Origin: Nageia nagi
Lineage: Eukaryota; Plantae; Pinophyta
DNA: 64,000 bases
Assembly (NCBI GenBank): GCA_050084985.1
Contig: JBITNC010000002.1
Span: forward strand, 11,160,001 to 11,224,000
Direction: 5' to 3'
In this document: positions 12,363-24,249 of the stretch, in pieces
How the letters are laid out: each line of letters starts with the position of its first letter
How positions within the stretch are numbered: position 1 is the first letter of the stretch
Made by a program: the position numbers and the translations under genes
The notes under the pieces: generated by a model
Databases searched by the model: none
What the model was told of the DNA's origin: nothing
The model's input: only the letters and a program-made list of their open reading frames with translations

Positions 12363-13094
12363 CAAAAGATATGGATCTAACTCAAACGAGGATGTTTTCC
12401 AATGATATGGATCTAACTCAAAAGAGGGGTTCTAGTCTATAGGGGGTGTCGTCGAAGACGCACAATGTTGCAATTCCCTTGACAAGATAGAGGTAATTAC
12501 ATAAGTCTCTAGATAGGGTAATTTTGGGTTGTATATGAGTTCCAGTCTATCAGGGGTGTCAAAGATGCACATTATTGCTATCCCCTTGACAAAATGGATC
12601 TAATGGGATATGTCTCCCGATGGGTAATTCTTGACTCTATACTTCTTTTTCCCTACTAATATGATCAAGTTTAAAGGTAAAGGAAAAATACTACAGAAAA
12701 AAGATTGTAAGAAAACTTAGTGCCTGAAATTTAGATCTAATATCTGTCATACTTAGCATGGTAATGCTTCTAGAATCATATAGCTAGTAGACAAAATGTG
12801 CAATAATGTTTTAGAACCAATAATCCTTGCAAAAATAGGAAATAACTTAATATTTCAAGAATTATAATAAACCACTTCGAGAGAGCAACTTTCTATTAGC
12901 CACAAAGAGAGGGGTAATTTATTTGCCAATTAGAGACAAATATAGACATTTATGATATTTAAATGATGACTACGAATGAATCCTTTTCTCTATATATAAA
13001 CTATATTCTCATGAAAGGATGAATTCTTACGACAAGATATATTTTACAACTATATGATCATAAGATAATTAATCAGAAGGTAGCTTTATTAGGT

Positions 13095-13235
13095 TCATTA
13101 CATTCCCTCCTTTAAAAAATTTTTTCCTCAAAGTTTGAAAGTGTTGGAAAATATCTTCTAACTTGTATCTAACAAGATTTAACTTTTTTGGTTGTGTTGT
13201 GTTGGCCATCTTTAGCTTGAAAAGTACCCTATTGC
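13095..13235 (-). mobile_element. Possible 3' end of a decayed Gypsy pol with PPT/LTR junction
   Basis: Minus strand reads ...ctttgaggaaaaaattttttaaaggagggaaTGTAATG, resembling the LEDKxxxxGGxxV pol end, PPT and TG start of an LTR. Confidence 0.35.
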
Positions 13236-15404
13236 TCAGGAAGTAAAATTGATTCTAACTCCATGGAAGTAAGCGAGGGAGTCAGCAGAGAGAGTGAGGG
13301 AGGGGGGAAGGGAGGGAACGCGCGAGGGAGGGAGGAAGGGAGGGAGGAAACAAGGGAAAGTGTAGAGTAATTTTAGCCTTCTTCTTTCCTTTCGTTGAAA
13401 CTTGAAAGTAATATCCATGTATGTCACAAAGTAATATCCATGTATGTCACCAAATTTGGAATATCTGACCATTTGTTCTGTACCCATGCATGGATCATTT
13501 GGCTGATGTTTTATAAGTATCCATTCAAGCCTAGGAGAATTTAAGCTCATTGATCTATTTCTCTTGAATTTGAGAACTTGTCAAAAGAAGGGCCTCAAAT
13601 TCATCTCCCATCTCCAAGTTAAGCATTAACATATGATGCAGTCAAGGACAAGAATCCCAATTAAGAATGCTCAACCTTGCAGCCCAACCACTCACATAAG
13701 ATGAAGAATGTCAAATATTGCAACCAGACATAGAAATTAGCATAAAAAATTCATATTAAGTTTGCCAATAGGCCTACACAATCAAAATACATAAATTAAA
13801 GCATTAAAACAAGAATCTATTCACAATAACGAGCTCTATTTTCTCTCTTCTCTCCAATCAGGTCATACATTTCACTCCCAATCAACGTCTTGGCTATAAA
13901 AATCTTCTTCTCCTTTAGAAAATCAGCCCTCTTGGCTGTATATACTCTTGTTTCACCCCTTCAGTCTTCTATTCTATTTCTTTATGTAAAAAACTTTAAT
14001 TCTAAATTTAGTTTGCTTGTCTTACAAGGATTCTATTTTCTAAGACAGCCAATAACATGCAAAACGCATGCAATCTATTGTACCCAGAATCAGCCACCTG
14101 GATGCTCCTGCATCAACATCAAGACATTAAGATTCTTGCTTTGTTTTACAATACCTTATCTTCCAAGTTTGTAACAAGTCATTTATTAGCATGATCAATA
14201 TTTCTACCATTTTTGGGAAGCACATCCTCATCAGTTTTATACGTAGTTACAAACCAAGTAGGCTTCAACTTCATGGCTACTGCTTTCCGTTAGACTTCTT
14301 CCTCGCATTACTGGCTACACCAGCCAGACCTCTTTGCAATAAAAGCCCTACCCTAGAACTATGCCATATTGATAGTAACGTTTCTTCACCTTCATCAAAT
14401 GTATGAAATTGTTTAAAGTTTAAACGACTAGACAAACATTTAAAAGAAACAGACTTCTGAACCTTTAACAAGCTGAAAGTAAAAAGTGATATAAGCCTTA
14501 TGACAAAACATACAAAATTAGTTCCGCAAGGAAATTCCATTTTTTTTTCCTTTGGAAAAATAACCCTTTAACTAATCCCTAAAAAACACTCACAGAACAA
14601 AAGAATCAGTTTATATTGTTATGAACATGTTACTTGGCAAGATCTACTAAAGAACTTACAATAACTATCATCTCACAAGAATGAACTTTAACTTGTACTC
14701 TTATAATCAAAAGCTTTCTTAGGAAATAAATATCCAATTAGAGTGCAGATGAAAGAAAGGCATACTACAAAATTCAAAGAAAACCCAACAATCTTCTTAT
14801 GGTTGAAGAAAAGAATAATCTGCATCCGAACGCACCCACAGAACAGGACATCATTACTCTCACACACCTAACAACACACCCAAAGTATCTTAACCATAAT
14901 ATACACTTCTATGATCTTACTAATATCGCTCATTCTACTCTAACCGGATGCTAAATCCATCCTCAAAAGCACTCACTAGTTTAACAAACATCTTTGTTTT
15001 ATCCATGATTGAAATCCCACTTTGATGGTCTCGATCTCTTTAATTGGGCACCGACCTATAAGTGTGCTAATCGCTACTCCAGTTCAAGACATGAAAGGAA
15101 ACAAGGCACCCACATACAAGCACTGTGATCTGGGCATCTTGGTATTCCTCGAAGCCGCATAATAATAATCGTCTGTGTTCCTCCATACCATGAATATGAT
15201 AAAATAAAATAAAAATAAAAAATTAATTTTTTGTCTCAGTTTTTCCAAACCATTATCAAAAACAACAAAATTCATCTCTTGGTTTTCCTCAAAATCATAA
15301 AAAACAATCAAACAAATCTAAAGATTCTTATATCTAAACAAATATTGAAAAAATAAAATCTGTCAATTGAGACGATATTATAAAAGAATATAAATCCTTT
15401 TTAC

Positions 15405-15506
15405 CTGAAAGGCTTTGGAGATGATATCATCATGCTCTGAAATATGACATCTGCAATTGCAGCAGCTGTAGATTCTAGGACCCAACACCACCTCTCCCAT
15501 CCCCAT
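15405..15506 (-). CDS. YPEL: Yippee-like protein, exon 1 (not in the ORF track)
   Basis: Minus strand reads (MG)[32 protein letters not shown] followed by the GTAA donor at 15404. It has the first CxxC and joins exon 2 in phase 0 to give a 107/109-aa protein typical of plant yippee (At4g27745-like). ATGs at 15506 and 15500. Confidence 0.95.
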
Positions 15507-16282
15507 ATCAGTGCCTCAATCTAGTTTTCAACACCAGCCTCGACCTTAATTGAATCCTTATTAAACAATATTGTTAATCAAAGTTAGCGCCTCTTCCGAG
15601 GTTTTTCCATACGCCCAGAACACCCAAGTTAACTGTACTTAAAAAGGAATTGTAGCACAGCATTCCGAAGTGTGTAAGCTATTGACCATTTCATGACAAT
15701 TTCGTGTTGCAAAATATAATCTATAACTTTACTCTTGCGCTATCCAATGTGGATAATCTCGAGTGATTATTTTAGAGTTGAGAGGAGCATCCCATTTAGA
15801 GTATACTATACCTATACATCAAGGATGACGAATCATGGACCAAAATTGACAAATAGATTGATTAATGGGATTTAGTCATTTAATACAATAATTGATGCTT
15901 CCCTCCGATTAGAGATATAATCAAGGAATGATTGAATTGAGAAGCAATTGTAGAAGCATCCATTCAATTGAATTGAGAAGCAATCGTAGAAGAATCAAAT
16001 TCAATTTAAAGTGTCTTAGAAACTCTTGTCCGCCATACCAACCTTTTCTTTTTTTTGTTTGTTTGTTTTTTTTTTTTGGAAGTCAATGGGTATGTAGCCT
16101 TCAAAAGTTGAATGATAAATGTGTTTTTTTTGGTAGACATTGATTGCAAAAATTTGTGAAGTACTCTCATCTATTGATTGATTTTAGAAATTTGTGGATT
16201 GGTACAAAGGTGTTTACTAAAAGAACATTAGGTTTAATCTTTTGAAGGTTAATCTTTAGATTTTAAAGTAAAGGTAACAAGT

Positions 16283-16778
16283 TGTAACGCTACCAGACGC
16301 GCCACCCCTTGGGGCGTGGCTATCGATGGTAACGCCCGGCACCGACATAGTCGACACGGTCCGAAAGCCTGGGTACCGGACTTATGGGAATCACCCCCAC
16401 CAGACGTATCCTCTCATGGCCCTTCCCGCACGGCTAGCCGGCTCCACCGTCTTCGTCAACTCCGTAGTTGCATACTGCTCGAGGCCTCGTACCTCTAGAG
16501 CTAGTCCGACCCCTTGGAGCATCGGACCGGTTTGTCATAGTTACCAGGATGCCTGTGCTCACCGCCCAACCAACGACCTTCAAACGGGTATCACCCCTAA
16601 GGTCCCCCTGAGCTGTATTCGCCCATCCATATCGCCCAGTCCAACCATAGGAACGGACTCTCAACCTTGTCCGCCATGGTTCCTAAAGCATGACAGTCTG
16701 GGCCCGGAATGGATCCCCGTGTACTAGAGGTTACGCTCTACGTACACTCACCACCCCGGGAGAGGCGACCCTCTCACA
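16283..16778 (-). repeat. 3' LTR of the Galadriel-type element
   Basis: 496 bp; ~24 substitutions + 1 indel versus 22385-22881 by manual comparison (~95% identity). Confidence 0.96.
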
Positions 16779-17394
16779 TTCTCCCCCACTTAAAGATGTT
16801 GATGTCCTCGTCAACAATGTACCCCGAAGGGACGAGTGGGTCTCTGGCAACAAATTGGTGCTAGTCACGCCACCAATATTTTTCATGGCCTTCAGCCAGG
16901 AACTCTTGGATCTTGTCCTCAAAGTTCCATAAGCTTTCTGCCCTTTCCCATGTGTCATTTTCGATGGTTTCACCTTCCCATCCGACAAGGTACTCAATTT
17001 TCTTTATCTTACCAAAACCCCTTGTCCTGACACCCTTGATCTCTTTTACTACCTTCTACGGTCTATCGATGATACCGACAGGCGGGCGAGTGGGAACCAT
17101 TCTCTCAGGATTTTCTGAATCTTCCACACATGGCCTCAACTGGCTGACATGAAAAACATCATGTATGTGCAGATGACTTGGTAGCTAGATCTTATACGCC
17201 ACTTTGCCAATTCGCTTAACCACTCTGAATGGTCCCTCATATCTCCTCGTGAGAGACTTTGATGTTCCCGGTGCAAGCTTGAAGTGGTCTCCATCAATTC
17301 TCAACAATACCAAGTCCCCAACCTTGAACTCCAACTCTCGTCTCCTCTGATTTGCATTTTTCCGCATTCTCTCCTGAGCCTGTAGTAGAAATGC

Positions 17395-18882
17395 TCATGC
17401 AGCATCTATTCTCTCCTTCCAATCCTCCAAGTACCAAGTTGCCGATGGGCAAGTGCTATAATATTCCGATACCACTGTGTGGGGAGCGATTGGTTGCCTA
17501 CCCGTGGCAAGTTCGAATGGAGTGAATTTACTTGAGGCTGACTTCTGGCTATTATAACTGAACTGTGCAATGTCCAGGAGGTCGGGCCAGTTTGTTTGGT
17601 CTGATATCACATAATGCCTCAAGTATTCCTCTAGGATCCCATTTACTCTCTCTATCTGCCCATCTGTCTGTGGATGGTGACTTGTGGACAGAAACAGCTT
17701 TATGCCCATTATCCTGAATAACGTTGACCAAAAGTTACTAGTGAATCGAGCATCCCTATCCGACACAATGTTCAGTGGTATCCCCCAATATTTCACAACA
17801 TGCTTGAAGAAGTATTCAGCTGTCATTGCCGCTTCGCATGGATACCTACACAGGATGAATGTGGCATACTTAGAGAATCTATCAACCACTACCATAATGC
17901 TGGTATATCCTTGTACCTCCGGTAAGCTGGTGATAAAGTCCATGCTGACACTCACCCATGGTCCGACAGGTATTGGGAAAGGTTGAAGTAAACCTGCTGG
18001 CCGTTTTCTCTCACTCTTATCTTGTTGGCACAATAGGCAGCTTCTCACATAGCTTTCCACATCCTTGAACATGTTCGGCCAATAGTACCCTCTAGAGATC
18101 AACGCCATCATCCTATCTCTTCCTGGGTGTTCGGCCCAAGGTGAGTCATGACACTCTTTCATTATCTCTGTTCTTAGGCCGTCCCACTTCGGCAAATAGA
18201 TCCTGTTGGCACTGTACATCAGTAAGCCCATACGAGTCTTGAACCTTGTCAACCGATTCACATTTGCAAATTTATCTACTGAGGTTACCATGGCTCTAGC
18301 CTGCGGGTCTTTTTCCATCCCTTCTCTGATTCTCGAAACCAAATCCCCTGAAAGCTATACTTGACCTGGCTGATTTGGCTGTTGATCCTCTTTGGCCAAC
18401 TCTTCCTGGCCATTTTTCATTGCAGTGAGGGCACGGGGTGGTTTCTCCCCCACTTGAGCTTGGGCGAGCTCCTGCGAGCCCTCATTAGGATCCTTCAGTT
18501 GAGCCTTATGGCTCAAGGCATCCGCTACCGCATTCTTCTTGCCTAGGTTGTATCTAAACTCGGCATCATATCCGACCAAGAAGTCTGCCCACCGTGCCTT
18601 CTTCCCCGTTAGCTTACTAGATGTCTTAAAATAAGTGTTGGAGATGTTGTCCATCTTAATCACAAATGGAGTGCCCAAAAGATAGTGTCTCCAAACACGT
18701 AAACAGTGTAAGACTGCCACCATTTCCTTGTCATGCGCGGGGTAGTTCCTCTCCGCGTCTTTCAACTTTTGTGACTCATAAGCTATGGGGTGTCCATCTT
18801 GGATCAAGACCCCACCGATGGCATAATCCGAAGCATCTGTGTGCACTTCAAAAGACTTAGAAAAGTTAGGCAAAGCTAACAC
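17395..18882 (-). pseudogene. pol: Gypsy pol fragments: RNase H (18355-18882) and integrase (17395-18342)
   Basis: TDASDYAIGGVL, ADALS; HDSPWAEHPG..CLLCQ, SMDFIT, VVDRFSK, SDRDARFTS, HPQTDGQIERVN. Confidence 0.95.
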
Positions 18883-18924
18883 TGGTGAGGTTGTGAGCTT
18901 GCATTTCAGTTCCTCAAATGCCTT

Positions 18925-20547
18925 CTATCGAATTGGAGTCCAGAACCACCTTGTCTGTTTTCTGAGCAACTGAGTGAGGGGGGCTGCTATCTTCGAATAT
19001 CCACATACAAACTTCCTATAATAGTTGGCTAAACCCAAAAATTGTCTGAGCTGATGGACATCCTTTGGAGGCTCCCAATCTTGAATGGCATCCAACTTCT
19101 GCATCTCTGGCTTAATCTTTCCACCACCAACGACATGTCCCAGGAAGCTCACTTCTGTTTGTGCAAAGGCACATTTTTCGTTTTTGACGTAAAGCTCGTT
19201 CTCCCTGAGCTTGTCAAACACCAAGGCCAGATGTGTTTTGTGCTCCTCTAGGGACTTGCTATAAACCAATATGTCATCCAGATATACCACGATGAACTTA
19301 TCCAAATAAGGCCGGAACACATCGTTCATAAGCGTACAAAATGTCGTCGGGGCATTGCATAACCCGAATGGCATAACCATAAAGTCGAAAGAGCCATATC
19401 TTGTCACACAGGTTGTTTTCTCTTCATCGCCCTGTGCGATGCGTACTTGGTAATAGCCTTGCTTTAAATCAAGCTTCAAGAAGTACACGGCTTTACCCAA
19501 CCGATCAAAACAATCCTCAATGAGTGGAAGTGGGTACTTGTTTTTGATCGTAATTTTGTTAAGGGCCCGGTAGTCCACACACATCCGCAACGACCTGTCT
19601 TTCTTTTTCTGAAATAGCACTGGTGCCCCGTAAGGTGAATGAGACGGTCTCAAATAACCGGTGGCCATTAACTCTTCTAGCTGCTTCTTTAACTCTGCCA
19701 TTTCTGCCACTGATAGTTTGTACGGCCTGATAGCTGGTGGTTTAGCCCCCGGAGTCAACTCTATCTTAAGATCAACCGTCCTCCTCAGTGGGAGTCGAGT
19801 TGGTAACTCCACCGGCATCACATCTCCATATCTCTCTAGCACTTCGTTGATCTCTCCGGGGACTGCTGTCTTCTCCACTTCCTGATCCTCCCAACCTCCC
19901 AACATGGCTGCTAGAAAAAGAGGTTCCCGTTTATTCCTAGAGGCTTTTCTAATGGACATGGCAGAGAGGTTTTGGAGGCGACCACTAGACCTAGGCTCAA
20001 TAAGGTCAACCATGCACGAGTAGTCGGGATGCATAATGACCAACTTCCCGATGTGGGGCATGGTCGCGGCATGGGTAGTATAGATGAAGGATTGACCTAG
20101 GACCAGGTCGAAGTTGAGACTAGGCACCACAAAGAGGATTGTGGTACCAAGCCACTTCCCTACTTGGAGAGACACTTTGGGAGTCTGGCGCAAACTGATT
20201 TCCTCTGGCCGGTTGGCAACTTGCAGGGATTCGTTGGACTTGTGTGTTTTAAGGCCCAAATCCTTACAAAGGCGTTCAAATATATAATTGCTCGATGCAC
20301 CCCCATCAATGAGAGCCACGACGGGTCTCCCATTAAGAGTGACATCCACATAACTGAGAGGATAGTGTTGGCTCTCATCAATATGAGTTGGCTTACCCTC
20401 AATGGCTGCCAAAGCGTTCAAGAGTCGAACACCAAGGGCACTTTGAGAGTTCGATGACGTTGAGGCAGTCATTGTTAGAGCCAACGGTTGGGGAGGATGA
20501 GTCACATAGTATTGGACTGGTTGAGCTTGGGGAGTGGCCAGGTTCAT
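18925..20547 (-). pseudogene. pol: Gypsy pol fragment: aspartic protease + reverse transcriptase
   Basis: 540-aa ORF with LIDGGASSNYI, RMCVDYRALN, MPFGLCNAP, VYLDDILVYS and FLGHVV. Confidence 0.95.
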
Positions 20548-20559
20548 GACATTTAGGTG

Positions 20560-21663
20560 ATTTTGGTGAGGGCATTCTTTAGCAATATGACCGGTGCTAT
20601 CACACCTGAAGCATCACCGTTTGCCTTGCTGCTCATACTCAAACCGTTGCACCTTCTATAACCGATTACTGTCCTCACCATGGTGCCCTCTTTTGCCCTT
20701 TTTATTCTTGCCATGCTTGCCCTCTCCTTTCCCAAACTTTTCCTGCTTTCCCCTGTTATCTCTGTTGTCCCGACTGTCACCTGTCCAACCCTTCTTGCTT
20801 TTTCGCTTATCTCCCCAACTTTTCTTTTCTGAACTCGCCCCTCTTTTGTCGTCCTTTTTCACCCTAGCCTCTCTATAGTCGGTCAACTTTTCAGCCACTT
20901 GTATGGATTCCACGAGCTTGCTTATCTGCTACCGATTAAGCTCAGCCTTGGCCCAAGGTTGGAGGCCCTTCATAAAGTAATGCAGTTTAACATGCTCTTG
21001 CAAGCCTGACGTTGCCAATATGTAAACTTGGAAGGCCTTGATATAATCTTTTATGGTGCCTGTATGCTGGAGGGCATCCAGCTTTTCCAAGATCTTTATA
21101 TCTGCGTTGATGGGTTTGAATTGATCTCTCAAGAGCTATTGGAAATTTTCCCAAGTCTTGCAAGGATCTTCCCCCGTTAACAAAGCTGACCGAGTTCTCC
21201 ACCAAAGTTTGGCACCACCTTCCAGCAGACCTACTGCAATGTTGATCTTTTTTCGATCATCAACCCGAGGAAGCTGACTGAAATTGTGTCCCAAATCTCA
21301 AATCCATGTTTCCAATACCATGGCTTCCCGTTCTCCACTGTACGAGGCTAGCATTTTCACCTTAATCTGTGCCTCGACTTTGTCCTGGCCTGTTGAGCCA
21401 GCTACAAGTTGTGTCAAGAGGGTCATTTTTTCATTCATCTCGTGAATGACCCATCTATACTCACCCACTTGAGTCTCCAGGTCAAAAACACGATTGCCCA
21501 GATCGATGGTCTCGCCTCGCATGACCTCGTGCTCCTCAGTAAGGGCAGCATTTTCTGCCTGAAGTTGCACGATCATGTCACCATCCCCCACTCTCTCACC
21601 GCAGGGTTTCCTTTTATTCTGGTCCCTCAGTTCCTTGAACTGTTCCAAATACTTATCCACCAT
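20560..21663 (-). pseudogene. gag: Gypsy gag remnant (Retrotrans_gag + zinc knuckle)
   Basis: KVKMLASYSGEREAMVLETWI, LQHTGTIKDYIKAF..FMKGLQPWAK and a CCHC knuckle; split by stops. Confidence 0.85.
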
Positions 21664-22384
21664 TATCTAATGTATGACCCGATAAGGAGTTTCCTCCTCT
21701 TCATTTTGAACAGTCGGTTCCTACGGTACTGTTCCCTGAGGCATCTCTTCTAACTCTATCTCTTCCACTGGTTGAGCAGACATCTTGAACCACCCAACAC
21801 GATCACTAGCACAATTCGACACAGGTACACACACACGGACACACTTTACCAAACTTCACGCTTCAAACCTACAACATGAGACATGTAGGTTAGAATACCA
21901 CACAAGGCGCCACGAATTGCTAAGGCAAACAAGGTTGTGCATGAGCAGAAATAAACACACAGCACGAAGCATGCACAAACACACCGTAAGCATCACATCA
22001 CATTTTTCCCGACCCGACTAGACCCTCTATAGTTTCACACGGACCGGGGGGACATGATAAGAAACCATGCTTTGCCTTTCATTTAGCAATTCTATTATGC
22101 CGTCGACATGGCATACGGGATCCCACTCCTTCTGTAAGGAGTTTCTTGGTGCTGCCTCCTTCGATGCATCGGCACCTTGGTAAGGTGTTGCCTCCTTCGG
22201 TGCATCGGCACCTCTGCACGCTTAGCAATTAAGCACTCGTGCATACCCACATGCCTTAGTCAACCAAGGTTCAGGTGAGTAACCAATTCCCCGTGACATC
22301 ATGCTTCACATGGGTCGAATCAGCACGATGCCCATGGTACATGGCACCTTCCTTACATGAACCCTTCAAGGCTTTGATACCACG

Positions 22385-22881
22385 TGTAATGCTACCAGAC
22401 GCGCCACCCCTTGGGGCATGGCTATCGATGGTAACGCCCGGCACCGACATAGTCGACACGATCTGAAAGCCTGGGTACCGGACTTATGGGAATCACCCTT
22501 GCCAGACGTATCCTCTCATGGCCCGTCCCGCACGGCTAACCAGCTTCGCCGTCTCCGTCAATTCCATAATTGCATACTGCTCGAGGCCTCGTACCTCTAG
22601 AGCTGGTTCGACCCCTTGGAGCATCGGACCGATTTTTCATAGTTACCAGGATGCCTGGTGCTCACCGCCCAACCAACGACCTTCAAACGGGTATCACCCC
22701 TAAGGTCCCCCTGAGCTGTATTCACCCATCCATGTCGCCCAGTCCAACCATAGGAACGGACTCTCAACCTTGTCCGCCATGGTTCCTAAAGCACGACAGT
22801 CTGGGCCCGGAATGGATCCCCGTGTACTAGAGGTTACACTCTACGTACACTCACCACCCCGGGAGAGGCGACCCTCTCACA
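22385..22881 (-). repeat. 5' LTR of the Galadriel-type element
   Basis: 497 bp; followed on the minus strand by a tRNA-Met PBS. Confidence 0.96.
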
Positions 22882-23750
22882 CAAGTCAATCAATTGAATC
22901 CTTATTATTTGAGGATGATGTTTCAAATTTTCAAAGATCTACCTCGTTTTGAAATTGTAAATTAAGCAAAAATAAGTTATAGAGGTAAATTCAAAGATTC
23001 GAACTTTTAATTAGTTGTAAATACATGTAGTTATGTATATAGTGAATTAAGAATAAATATTTAAATTGTGTGTATAGTGGATTGAATGTGCTGCATGATA
23101 CTCTCAAGCTTAATATTGTATGGGGTGATAAGATCATTAATGATGCTCTTAATCGTATTAATGATGGTTGAAGTCCACACACCATGCATGATTAGGATGA
23201 TAATGACAATGACACCAATAATAATATGCACAATGGTGATGGGTGCGACATTCAACTATTCTCGTCTAACCAAAGACAATGCATGTTGGATAGTGAGCCA
23301 CATGCACCAATTTCTTCCCATGAGGCTCCATGATTCCCTTCTTTTATGGTTTAACCATTATGTTTTTTTGTTAGATTGATGTGTTGCAGCTCCTTTGTTT
23401 GTACACATTGTTTTAAGTTATCCTAACTCAATGTTAGGGCTGGTGTGAAGTCATCTAGCAGTGCAATTGATTCCACCCACCTCCTCATTTGATTGTAAAG
23501 GTATTTAATTTTATAAATTAAACATACTTTTTCATTAAAAAAAAGTGTAGTAATTATAAAGTTTTATTTTCTCATTATGGTTTGATTTTGATATTTATTT
23601 ATAATTTGATTTATAACATTATTAGTTTATTCTAATAATTTTATTTTCTGAATTCATTGGATATATAAAATATTCAGATTAAGTGGATATTACTTTTGAA
23701 ATATATTTTTTGTTGATGCAAGGATAATATATCAATCTTTCAATTAGGCT

Positions 23751-23905
23751 TGAGGGCTTGGCATGGTGGTTAACCCACACCCATAGGTAGTGACCCAAGT
23801 TCAAATCCCTCAAGTCTCATACAACTAAATGGGTGTGTCATGTCAGAATCGTCGACTACATTAATTATATATTTAATAGATTAAAAAAATTAAAAAATAA
23901 AATAA
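23751..23905 (+). mobile_element. Candidate tRNA-derived SINE
   Basis: A-box TGGCATGGTGG (23759-23769), B-box GTTCAAATCC (23799-23808), closing stem tgaggg/ccctca and an A-rich tail at ~23880-23902. Confidence 0.45.
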
Positions 23906-24249
23906 CTTACTTTTTCTTAGAGGTTTTACTCTTAGTTCACACACAAATTGTCCCAAAAACATAAAGATTCCAAATGAATTTAAACTAGTTGTTTGGCTTC
24001 CAATATTTTAATTATATGATAATTTTATTTAAATTATTATTTGTTTGTAGTAAATAATTACCTCCATAAACATATGTAATTATAATAAATATTGATGCAT
24101 GTAATATATTTATATAATAAATAAGTAGCAAAGATACACTATATGATATGAAAAATATCTAAATATGAATTCAAGTGTATGCATGTAGAGATATGATGAA
24201 GAAAATGTGTACTAAGCTTCCAACCAAGCTATAAGATCATGCTTCCAAA

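Larger units (their letters stand above)
2432..15404 (-). other. 12,973-bp GT-AG intron of the Yippee-like gene, filled with TE remnants
   Basis: Canonical donor and acceptor; in-frame fusion of ...SKAFQ|GRNGRA... Confidence 0.9.
16283..22881 (-). mobile_element. Full-length Ty3/Gypsy chromovirus, Galadriel-type (gag-CCHC-PR-RT-RH-IN-chromodomain), disrupted by several stops/frameshifts
   Basis: TG...CA LTRs 16283-16778 and 22385-22881; TSD CAAGT (16278-16282, 22882-22886). PBS TGGTATCAAAGC adjacent to 22384; PPT AAGTGGGGGAGAA at 16779-16791. Motifs: CFRCDSTGHIAKECP knuckle, LIDGGAS protease, YLDD RT with KTTCVTRYGSF, integrase HxG..C..C and DRFSK, RYEGPF, and chromodomain EYLVGWEGETIENDTWE. 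Confidence 0.97.

Noticed and set aside
16316-16997. Multiple overlapping 60-133 aa ORFs in the LTRs (also 22271-22952)
   Set aside because: GC-rich LTR sequence gives spurious ORFs, and they are broken differently in the two LTR copies.
23061-23379. Hydrophobic Met/Ile-rich ORFs
   Set aside because: Low-complexity (ATG/ATA-rich) sequence with no domain motif or splice support.
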